Shown here one piece after another: positions 54,249-64,000 of a stretch of 64,000 bases of DNA (the first letter of the stretch is position 1; each line of letters opens with the position of its first letter). Where the stretch lies: the NCBI GenBank assembly GCA_951406725.2, contig OX597816.1:64604001-64668000 (forward strand), read 5' to 3'. The notes below the pieces were generated by a model. It worked only from the letters and a program-made list of their open reading frames with translations. It had not been told where the DNA came from and ran no database searches. The translations under genes and the position numbers were made by a program. The DNA is from Octopus vulgaris (taxonomy: Eukaryota).

Positions 54249-54945
54249 TCTTCAGCCACAGAACCGGACAAGGCATCGCGGTGAATAGACGTGAGAGAAG
54301 TTATATCATGAGATAATAACTCTTATGATATTCCATCATCATTCTACGGCTGATAGCGCTATCGGCGGCCCCGAAATGCATGCGTACCACAGTCTGGTCT
54401 GGTGACGCTGCGGGCTGATTCTATGTAAAACTCCTATTTGTCAACAGCGAGAAGTTGTCTCTATGACAAAATACAGTGAATGGCTTTATAACGGGTTCGA
54501 ATCTGTCTCAAGTATATTTGAATTGGTAACAAGTTTGTATTTATATACACGACTGCTTAGCGCTGTCACTCTGTATTTCATTTACGATTTCTTTATTATC
54601 CATAAAGGACTATACATAGATAGGGACGATACAATCGGGGAACTTAATATAACAAAAGAGGATGAATAAAGACGAAGAAATTAAAAAATAATGAATCATG
54701 ATAAGATATTATAATGTGGTATAATGCCCACTCGATCCCCGAAATCGGGTGGTTACATTTCGTCAGTCTTTTCCCATAATTGGTTTTCTCAAAAATTACC
54801 ACTGAATTCACAGAATTTACAAAAATAATTTTCACAGAAATTTCATTTACATTGAGCCTCCGATTAGCGCTAAGTGACTTCACAGCGCCGATTGTCCATC
54901 TTTTGTGGCTGAAGAAGAGATAACTACTCCGAAATACACGTTCAG
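54249..54945. mobile_element. Old inverted-repeat structure ending in a hammerhead-like motif
   Basis: 54249-54285 pairs with 54879-54915 (CTTCAGCCACA...GGACAA...GTGAA). The right arm runs into CUGAAGA-A-GAG(AUAACUA)CUC-C-GAAA. Confidence 0.55.
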
Positions 54946-55279
54946 ATCAAATGGCGCTGCACGCCGATTCAGAGTATTTACACATATATGTCAGCGAGAA
55001 ATTCTCTCTATGTCTACACACATTGTTTAGCTGACTTAAGGGTTCAAATAGGCGAGACGTATGTTTTATTTGGGAGCAAGTTCGTGTTTTACACACATCA
55101 CCGTTTAGCGATGTCAACATTTTTTTAAACCCGTAAGATAGCAAAAATGGGCAATGGGTTTATATGCATATTTCTGGTGTTATTGAACCACATTCAATAC
55201 TGCACCCAACCCTGAAACTCCTCATGATACTTTGCTTAAACAGCCATTAAATTCAGCGGTGTAACTCTATTGCCGTTGT

Positions 55280-55530
55280 GGAGACGCGTGGTTTAGTTGT
55301 TAGGGTGTCAGCATCATGATCGTAAGATTGTGGTTTCGATTCCTGGACCGGACGACGCGTTGTGTTCTTGAGGAAAGCACTTCATTTCACATTGCTCCAG
55401 CCGACTCAGCTGGCAAAAATGAATAACGCTGCGATGGACTGGCGTCCCGTCCAGCTGGGGAACACATACGCCATAGAAACCGGGAAACCGGGCCCATGAG
55501 CCTGGCTAGGCTTTAAAAAGGCGCATTTAT
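55280..55530 (+). mobile_element. Family C SINE with CORE-like segment
   Basis: tRNA head, then TTGTGTTCTTGAGGAAAGCACTTCATTTCAC...CTCAGCTGGC, then the tail shared with 700-1019. Confidence 0.9.
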
Positions 55531-56027
55531 TTTTTTATTTTTTAACCCTTTTGTACGTACTGAGTTAGAAATTAAAAGTGACTATAAGGACTATGAAAGT
55601 TCTGTTTTATAGTATAATTTGACTGAATGTATTTGTTATTAAACATTTTTCGCACAGTGATAAATTAATGAGAAGAATAAGAATGAACTTTTATCGTTTG
55701 TTTTGCTGTATAAAGGTAATCAATTCTTTTCCCGTTCAACGATACGGATTAAAGTAAAATGTAAAGTGCCGTGCTATGAGCTCAAGCAATAAAGAACGTT
55801 TTTTTTTTCGAAGTCTACTACTTATGCACATATTATACTTGCATTATTTCTGAAAAAGAAAATACATTAATTCCTGTAATCTTGTTTAGCGGTATAATGC
55901 ATTTGTTTCTAAATATGAATGCAAGGATGTAATTCTATAAAACGGAAAAGCAGCTGCAAATTTAATTAGAACCTAAATCTTAAGGAAATATATCTTCAAC
56001 TTCAGCGACATTAGTGTTACATATATG

Positions 56028-56073
<46 letters not shown>

Positions 56074-56095
56074 CACACATACACACATACACACA

Positions 56096-56137
<42 letters not shown>

Positions 56138-56145
56138 TACACACA

Positions 56146-56201
<56 letters not shown>

Positions 56202-56386
56202 CATATTTTATATAATATATTATTAATATCAGGAAATCTACATTAGAAAATTCGCCAGAAAGATATATACGTGTGTAAAATAATTGTTGTATTATATATA
56301 AATATATATTATATATAAATATATGTAAATATGTATAAGTATAAATATATAATAATGATATTATAAAACTTTCGAAGTTTTGAACG

Positions 56387-56467
56387 CATCTCAGGATCGT
56401 TTCGCAGAAGTGCTGTCCCTATAATTGATAATCATTTATAGACAACTCTTCTGCTCTTCAGGGATAT
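56387..56467 (-). ncRNA. Hammerhead-like motif with intact CUGAAGA/GAAA core and long helix II
   Basis: AUAUCC-CUGAAGA-GCAGAAG-A-GUUGUC-UAUAA...UUAUA-GG-GACAGC-A-CUUCUGC-GAAAC-GAUCCU-G-AGAUG. Confidence 0.65.
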
Positions 56468-57390
56468 AAATGTGAAATTTGTATAGTATATCGAATGGTA
56501 GTTTTTATAAAAATAGGAAGTAATCTGGGAAAATGTTGTTTGAAATTTAAAATGAAATTAAAAATTATTGCTTTTGATTTTGGTAAGTACCCTTTAGTAT
56601 GAGAGTCTTTAAATCCATATATGCTTCCTTGGTAATTCTTCTGTAATGATCCTTAATAGTTATGTGTAAAATCCATTATATTGTCTTGTATTCCAAATAT
56701 AGTTCATAGACTTAGATAATATAGAATAATGGACTCCTATATTGATAAGCCTTTATAAATAACTGTTCTGCTCTTCAGAAATATCAAATGTGAAATTTGC
56801 AAAATTCAACAAATGGTAGTTTTTAAAAAATTATGAAGTAATATGGGAAAATGTTGTTTGTTTGAAATATAAATTAAAAATTAAAAATTACTGCTTTTGA
56901 TTTTGTTAAGTACACTTTAGTATGAGAGTCTTCATATATTCCTCCTTGGTAAGTCTTTTGTATTTGAGACCCTCTTTGCTCGCGACACAGACCATGGAAT
57001 TGCACCTAGAAAGTTACCTTCCCAGAGACAAGTCCGGGCAAGTTTGTTTATGGAAGACCAGCAGTCACCCATGCATACTGGCCTCCCCTCTCCACGCCAC
57101 CAGTGTTATCCAAGGGAAACGCAATGGGACTGATCAAGCCTGGCACCTGTGACGTCGCAACTCGTTTCTACAGCTGAGTGAACTGGAGCAACGTGAAATA
57201 GAGTGTCTTGTTCAAGAACACATAACGCAGCCCGGTCCGGGATTCGAACTCATAACATCACAATCGTAAGCTCGACGCTCTAACCACTGAGCCATGCGTC
57301 TTCTGTAGTAATCCATAATAATTATGTATACAATCCATTATATTGTCCTGTATTCCAAATATAGTCCATAGACTTAAATGATATAAAATA
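56419..57390. repeat. Two diverged ~317-bp direct repeats, the second interrupted by a SINE
   Basis: CTGCTCTTCAG occurs at 56451 and 56768. TATTCCAAATATAGTyCATAGACTTA occurs at ~56689 and ~57351. Confidence 0.88.
56963..57303 (-). mobile_element. Family C SINE with a distinct tail
   Basis: The reverse strand reads GCATGGCTCAGTGGTTAGAGCG...GAGTTCGAATCCCGGACCGGG. It is flanked by GTCTT(T/C)TGTA. Confidence 0.9.
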
Positions 57391-58303
57391 AAATTATATG
57401 TGAAATTTTATGGGGACACTATTGTTTTGCACCCATAATAAACTAACATGTATATTCAAGGTTTGAACGTCAAAATGTTAACCTCTTTTTGTGTTAGCTG
57501 TGCGTTGATTCCACTTTCTAAAGAGTTTCTCTACAGATTTTCAAAAGAGTTTAAAGCCAGCAATGATAGCCACGAAGCTTTGTATACAAATCATCTATTT
57601 AAATATTGCGATCGAAGAGAGAAGAATGGGCAATGGGTATGCATATTTCTGGTGTTATTGAGCCTTCTTGAGTACCGTACCCAACCCCAAAACTCTCCAC
57701 GATACATTACTTAAGTAACCCCAAAGTTCAGCGGTGTAACGTTGTTCGATAGATCAGTTTACATATTAAACAGACTCCTGGTAACTGGGACGTCTGTATT
57801 AATTGCTGGTAAGAAAACCATATTTCGTTTAATAACCTTGAATAATAATACACTACCAAGGGCTTTAGAATTTTATGAGTTAATACTGTGTTCCACAGCA
57901 GTTAGTTATTTTCATTTTTTTTAAGTGTTCCCTACAAATAGATTTTTTATCGAAGTTAGGGCCACCCCAGAAAGTTACATCATTTTGCATACGATTACGT
58001 CTACACAAACAATATGATCAGAAATAGAAGACTATATAATATGTGCATATGCATATTTCAAGAATTTCTTTTCTTTCTTCAGCATCACATCAGCGTGACT
58101 CAATGTGACATCACTGGACATATGAATGACAAATACAACTGCACTAATAAATTTTGAAACAGTTTCTTTTTACCAAATTAAGTTATATTTAATGGGTTGG
58201 CTAAAAGCCACAGAATATAACAATTGTTCGAGATACCCAGTATTAGTTTCGAAGCGCAAAACCACATATATACAATTCATATGTGTGAGCGTAAACACAC
58301 GCT

Positions 58304-58512
58304 CATGACCGCGTGTGTACCGTTGGCGATTTTTTTTCCTCCGTCTTCCCTTCCTTGGATCTTTCCTTTTCCTATGCTTCTGACGAAGATCTCCGCTCGA
58401 AACGTTAAATCCTCCTTATTTCTTTCCTTTCCTGAGCGTCCAATAACACTATACTTGTTCCACGTCCTCGCGTTGTTGTGTTTTCTCTTTGTGTTTTCAT
58501 GTTTGGATTAAC
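58304..58512 (+). mobile_element. Family H1 element with hammerhead-like motif
   Basis: 58376-58410 reads GCUU-CUGACGA-A-GAUC(UCC)GCUC-GAAA-CGU-U-AAAU. The element ends GTTTGGATTAAC, followed by (TA)n. Confidence 0.82.
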
Positions 58513-58514
58513 TA

Positions 58515-58595
<81 letters not shown>

Positions 58596-58598
<3 letters not shown>

Positions 58599-58864
58599 TA
58601 TTATAAAAGGCAGATTTTATCTGCCTCCCTTTGTCACTTATAGAAATCTACAATATAGGTTTTCTTCAATTACAATTTACCCAGCATTTTTAAGAGTAGA
58701 ATGCATCGGGTCATGCCAGGTCCAGTTTTTAAAATTTAAACTCCAATTAAGGAAAATTTACAGAAAACTCACATTCTGGTGTGTATGTCAAATGCTTTTC
58801 TTAGTCTGGTTTACAGCACACGCAAACGCACACACACAGTGTGCAACGAATAAAGTGAAACTAG
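58596..58864 (+). mobile_element. Possible non-autonomous Helitron-like fragment
   Basis: Begins A|TCTTATTATAAAAGGCAGATTTTATCTGCC and has a CTAG at 58861, but the 3' hairpin is poor. Confidence 0.3.
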
Positions 58865-59289
58865 ATGTAATATTTGTTTCTGTCTATCACGCTGATAGAT
58901 ACATGAGTAAAATGTACGGCAAGCTAAGAGATAAGAATGAGTGAAAATGTTCTTGGAAGAGAGTAAATAGCGAGAGTGATTTGAGGAAGACTTTACATTA
59001 AATAACCGTAGTGGCTTGTATATATATATATATATATACATACATAAGACAGTAAGGTGTGATTTGAGGGAGATTTGGATGCTATTTCTACCATGTCTAG
59101 CTGCCATGTAGGGGTCTCCCTCATAGGCTCATACATACATATATACATAGATAAGACAGTAAGGTGTGATTTGGGGGAAATTTGGCTGCTATTTCTACCA
59201 GGTCTGTTAGGCCTTCTCATGTAAACTCAAGCTTTCTCATGCCTTGAACATAAGACCAAAGCAGAGAATGTATTCTTTTATTCTTCTGC

Positions 59290-59490
59290 TTTTTCCAGCC
59301 ATTGGTCTGTGGCCATGCTGGGGCAATGCCTTGAAGAATTGTAGTTTAATGAATCAACTCCAGTTTTATTTTTGTAAGCATTGTACTTATTCTATCTGTT
59401 TCCTTTGTCAAACCACTAGGTGACAGGGATGTAAACAAACCAACATTCGTTGTCAGGCAGTGGTGGAGGACAATCACAAGCACAGACACG
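59290..59490 (-). mobile_element. Family A SINE, 3' half
   Basis: GTGGCCATGCTGGGGCA...TACTTATTCTATC...GTTGTCAGGCAGTGG. Confidence 0.75.
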
Positions 59491-59570
59491 CACACACACA
59501 CACATACATGCATACACATATACACACATACATACATACATACATATATATATATGTGTGTATATATATA

Positions 59571-59829
59571 TTGCAGCGTGGAAGGTGTTTGTAAGCCATT
59601 TAAGAAACACACAAAAACCGTTAGATTCACTTCAACATTTAAATTTAATTTGCCAAAATATTTTCCTCGCTTTGAGACCGCGACCTGTTCACTGACAAAA
59701 ATATCGTGCTAACAGGTCGCGGTCTCAAAGCGACGAAAATATTTTGACAAATTAAATTTAAATGTTGAAGTGAATCTAACGGTTTTTGTGTGTTTCTTAA
59801 ATGGCTTATAAACACCTTCAACGCTGCAA
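59571..59829. repeat. Fold-back inverted repeat (~119-bp arms) containing a G3:C8 hammerhead-like motif
   Basis: 59571-59689 pairs with 59711-59829. Minus strand 59649-59699 reads UUUGUCA-GUGAACA-G-GUCGC...GCGA(G)-GAAA-AUAU-UU-UG(G)CAAA. Confidence 0.92.
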
Positions 59830-59901
59830 CTGTTTTCGTTCCAGCACACGATCTCAGATCAAGTCACTTGCTATGCAAGTACATCTCTGTAACTATATAT
59901 A

Positions 59902-59968
<67 letters not shown>

Positions 59969-60031
59969 TGGTAAAAACAGTAAGATAACAAAAGAAAGAA
60001 AGAGACCTCAATATTATGTAAATAGAGGAAA

Positions 60032-60423
60032 TCTTTATATATAAAAGTGAGGTTGTGTGTCTGTCTCCTACGATTTAGATTCCTCACTACTCCCACATTT
60101 TGCGCTGCAGTTTAACCAAAACCGGGTATCTTATAGTCGTGATTCATATCGAGACCGTCTGGGTATTAGCGCGCGTCTACGATGAGTCTACGATTAAAAA
60201 AAAATTACCATCAATTTTTCCCATTTTTAATCCATTTTTGACATATATAAGGGAAGTAACTCTCTAAAATTTATTATTAAATCTCAGAACGGAAAAAGCT
60301 ACAGTAACACCCTCCCCCTTTGTGGTTAGCCATATTGAGATGGCTATTATACTTTACATCTCTAAAAATGCTTATATAATTATTTCCCTTACAAACCCGA
60401 GCAACGCCGGGCGATACTGCTAG
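60032..60423 (+). mobile_element. Non-autonomous Helitron
   Basis: 5' TC (TCTTTATATATAAAAGTGAGGTTGTGTGTCTG), subterminal hairpin CCCGAGCAACGCCGGG (60396-60411) and 3' CTAG. It is inserted between A and T with no TSD. Confidence 0.88.
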
Positions 60424-60849
60424 TACATTATAAAAGTAATATTCATAGCCACTTCAACATGCCTATCCGTTCCAAAGGACTTTACTGCAATTTTTTAACC
60501 CCAAGGTGACATCTCCTCTAGCTGGTTAACGATGCACAGCTGCATCCGAGATATTGCGAGCAGGGGAGAGAACCCCTACCACCTTCTAGAGACGGGATCT
60601 GCAGACCAGCCTGGTTGCGATTTATTTCTGCCATAGTGCAGTGCTGGACACATTGTTTGCTAGATATGGCATTCGCTGATTTTGCAGCAAGCAAAAATGC
60701 TAGTTCTATAATTTCTCGAAGAGATCAACGCAATAGTTGTAATAACAAGTAAGGTTCGTAGCCACTTCAACATGGCTGTTCCTTCGAACGGACCTTACTG
60801 CGCTTTTTAACCCCAAGCGGACACCTCCTTTAGCTAGTTAACGATGCAA

Positions 60850-60898
<49 letters not shown>

Positions 60899-61213
60899 AG
60901 TGTGTTTTTACGTATGTATAAATTTATATATATATATGTAGACATACATACACAGACACGCACATACGTATGCACTCTGGGGAGATGGTTTGTTCTATTT
61001 GAAAATTAGCTCACTCGTACATGAGAAACGACGAGCAAAAACGTGAAGGCTGATGCCAAAAAACTGAAATTATAAGACAAAGGTTGAATAAGAACGGGAT
61101 AAAAAGAAAACAAACGAAAGCTTTACGTCTCCTTTGAATGCGGAAGTGCTAAATAAAGTAGTTGCAGAATAATTCAACAGTGAGGAGCATAGATTCTGCG
61201 AACCAGATGCTCA

Positions 61214-61700
61214 CTACGGAGATGGTGGTGTCCTAGATTTTGCCGAAAGAAATTTGTTCATATGCTTGCATTTGCTGGAAATTTCGGATCTAATATTAAG
61301 TAGCGTGATGGAAGTCTTGGATCTAAAAAGAATGTGCGCTCTCTTGACCACGCATAAGCCGAATGTCTTAGATCCATTTATATAAGGCGTATATTTCTCC
61401 ACTATTGTATGTCGTGTGCAGTTCGTTATCAAATCCCATAGTAAGTTGGTGGATAACCAACTTACTAGATTTACTTTCGTAATTGCGCCGAAGGAAGTCT
61501 GCTGGTTTGCATAACGTCTTTTAAAATTGCCTTCGTATGGACCGTTGTAATGTTCGTTTTCAGTTCCATTATCATAAAGCGTTGCTGGGATTTCTGCCTC
61601 GTGGATGACAGTGTTTATCATACCCTCCCTAGCAAGTATAGATCATTTTTAGAGTCCCAGCAGTAGGGGGGCTCTTGATGAGGCTTATAAGTGATAATGT
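61214..61700 (-). pseudogene. Decayed PLE GIY-YIG endonuclease C-terminus, Naiad-like
   Basis: ORF 61214-61621 contains VIHEA...HYNGPYEGNFKRRYANQQTSF...LWDL...PYINGSKTFGLCVVKRAHIL...LLNIRSEISSKCKHMNKF. This matches VIYKA..YIGLTEG.FK.RY.NH..SF..IW.LK..PY..G.K.C.LC..EK..I..LLN.RSE..SKCRH.NKF. Confidence 0.8.
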
Positions 61701-62840
61701 TCTTCATATTGGGGCAATAGATATCCAAAGGTAGTGTAGTACAATCGTTTCATGCTACTTCATTTAATTAAACAATGTAAGTATTACATCAGCTTTAAAA
61801 TGTAGAGCAATCTTCAGCCACATATGGAATTTTAAAATTAAATTGACAATGTTCATTTTTATACATATATATACATATATATACATATATATATATATAC
61901 ATATTTACATAAATGCATACACACATAATACATACACACACACACACACGTATATATAGGTATGTATATATATATGTATATGCATATATATGCTCACAAA
62001 CACACAAATATGTGTATTGGGTGGAGAAGCAGCTTATCTCAAGTATAACCATATATTTTTTTAATAAAATAATTTGGGATTACTGTAAAAAATAGACACA
62101 ATGATTGAACCAGGGTCCTCCTGTGTTTGGAAAGACGAGGGCCTCACGTTATGTTAGCTCTAACTAAAATCTTGTTATGCAGGATATCTTGGTGATATCA
62201 TATTTGAGACACAGCAAGTGGTATGCTACCGCATTTAGTTAACCGTCTAAAAATCGACAAAGTATACTGATTTGAAAACTGCGACAGTGTCTTTGAAATT
62301 ACATATTCACAAAATTATCTTTAATACACACACATACATATGCATAGTATATATTATAACTATAATATAAATATAGACCAAGCCATCTACCCATCTTCAG
62401 TCACAAGTGTTAGGTATACCTCCAGGCTATAGAAGAAATGACGCTTAAAACTTGTGAATATGAAGCGAAGCTTTCAACTGTTCAGCTATATTTCACCGAA
62501 AATTTATTGAAGCACGTTTACGTATACTTTTATCATTATCTCCGTCACTAACCATCCAGTTTGACTAATGTCATTCAGAATGAAGTGAGATGTTATGAAA
62601 TCTATCAGCTTAGATTTTGAAGCAGGGAAGAAATTCAAAATCTGAAGTGGCAAGTATACAAACATTGTAGAAATACAATATAGTGTAAAATTCTAAATAC
62701 GAAACAATAAACTTAAATCCCCAAGAAATTTTATATCGTCTGCAAAATAGAAAGCGAGGCACACGATTCCAGTAAGTCTAAGATTGTTGCTTCAACTTAT
62801 GTATCTATCAACTCAATCATACTCGAAGTCAATTTTAATG

Positions 62841-62888
<48 letters not shown>

Positions 62889-63599
62889 ATGTTCTGTCTG
62901 TACCATGAAAAACAAATGGAAGGATAGGACAGCGAGGAAATATTGCTTGCATTTAAAATTACATTTTCTTCTCAAATAACTGAATAGAATTTTAGCTTTC
63001 AGCAAGATGTAAAGTACTATACTAAATCGCTTTGTTTTGTTGGTAAATTTAGCAAGTATTTCTTTAATTATGTCCCTTAGTATTTCATTGGATATAGTCT
63101 TTCCGCGGAAAACAATTCCTTCTTCTACTACTTAAGAAATGGCAGTATTAACCGCTAAATTCCGTTATATACTCGCAAACTCGGAGACATATTGGAGTGA
63201 AGGCTCTAAGGATCTGAGCTATGGGGAAACTCGTGTAAAATGCGACCAGGGTTGCCGAGTATGCGAATAAGGATACAAGAGTTAAAGAAGGGGGAAGATA
63301 ACATTGGGACATCAGCAGTGGAAAATATTCAAGCGTGGTGTATACTGCAGGCTCTTCTTTAGGCCGAAGGAATTTGATTAAATGAAAGATTACATTGTCG
63401 CAAGGAGATACAATCTGAAATCCTCTCCAGTTTTTAACCACTTTCTTTTTCCCACGCCATAGAAAAACGCAATAAGCAATCAGTTTATCCCGCAAGCGTC
63501 CACACACACACACACACTCATATATATATGAATATAATACTTTTTTTCGTTCAGCGTTAACAGCCCTTCTTATCTTGTTTTTCCTTGTCCTGTCTTTTA

Positions 63600-64000
63600 C
63601 TACTTATATTTTGTACTGTCGTTACTGTCCTGGTTTTGTTACCATTTTTACCCCTCTGCAAAAAGATCTCAAATTTTAATTGATTTGCTTTTCGCAGGAA
63701 GGAATGTTTCTTATCGAAGATACGTCTCGCCTTCACCTTCGAAACGTAGAGTAGATGAAACCATGGCGACTGAAGAAGGGTTTTTTTCTTTGTGTTAATT
63801 GTCCTGTACACTATTTTTTTGTTGTTTAAAAAAAATGTCCAGTTCCTTGGGTTTGTGTCTATGTTTTCGTTTCTCATTGTGTTCGACGTTTTTTTTTTTT
63901 TTGGTGTCCTGTACTCATATATGCGTGTATATACATGTAGAGGTAGGTACGTACATATATGTATTTATATATGCAAATGTTTTATTTATTAATATATATA
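63600..64000 (+). mobile_element. Second copy of the 12697-13362 family, not folded back and abutting (TA)n
   Basis: Colinear with the reverse complement of 12700-13085 (CTGTCGTTACT.TCCTG, CCTTCGAAACGT, GGCGACTGAAGAAGGG, GTAGAGGTAGGTACGTAC). Confidence 0.9.

Noticed and set aside
55280-55350. tRNA genes (also ~950-1019, ~10970-11041, 51039 and ~57230-57303)
   Set aside because: A and B boxes are present, but the sequences continue into shared SINE bodies (some with TSDs) and lack a proper acceptor stem.
61170-61214. SECIS downstream of the Naiad-like ORF
   Set aside because: A GAGCAU/AUGCUC hairpin exists but lacks the AUGA/GA quartet and apical AA geometry.

Overview
AT-rich, microsatellite-saturated eukaryotic non-coding DNA. 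The repeat families point to a coleoid cephalopod, probably Octopus (inference from recalled SINE consensus sequences, not a database search). I found no intact host gene, rRNA, genuine tRNA or CRISPR array, and most ORFs in the track are microsatellite artefacts. The window is a transposon mosaic: three tRNA-derived SINE families (more than 25 copies, several with target-site duplications), decayed RTE-type LINEs, a Tigger/pogo element carrying a nested HERO-type (RLE) LINE 3' end, an internally deleted mariner, a non-autonomous Helitron, and three decayed Penelope-like element (PLE) coding remnants (two Neptune-like, one Naiad-like). The most interesting layer is non-coding. About ten minimal type-I hammerhead-ribozyme-like motifs with palindromic helix III sit in short elements, most of them next to (TA)n, and several lie in fold-back or tandem structures. 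Unrelated families show C3:G8, U3:A8 and G3:C8 at the catalytic-core tertiary pair, an apparent covariation suggesting these are or were real ribozymes of a PLE/retrozyme system. All translations, foldings and coordinates were done by eye, and element boundaries are approximate.
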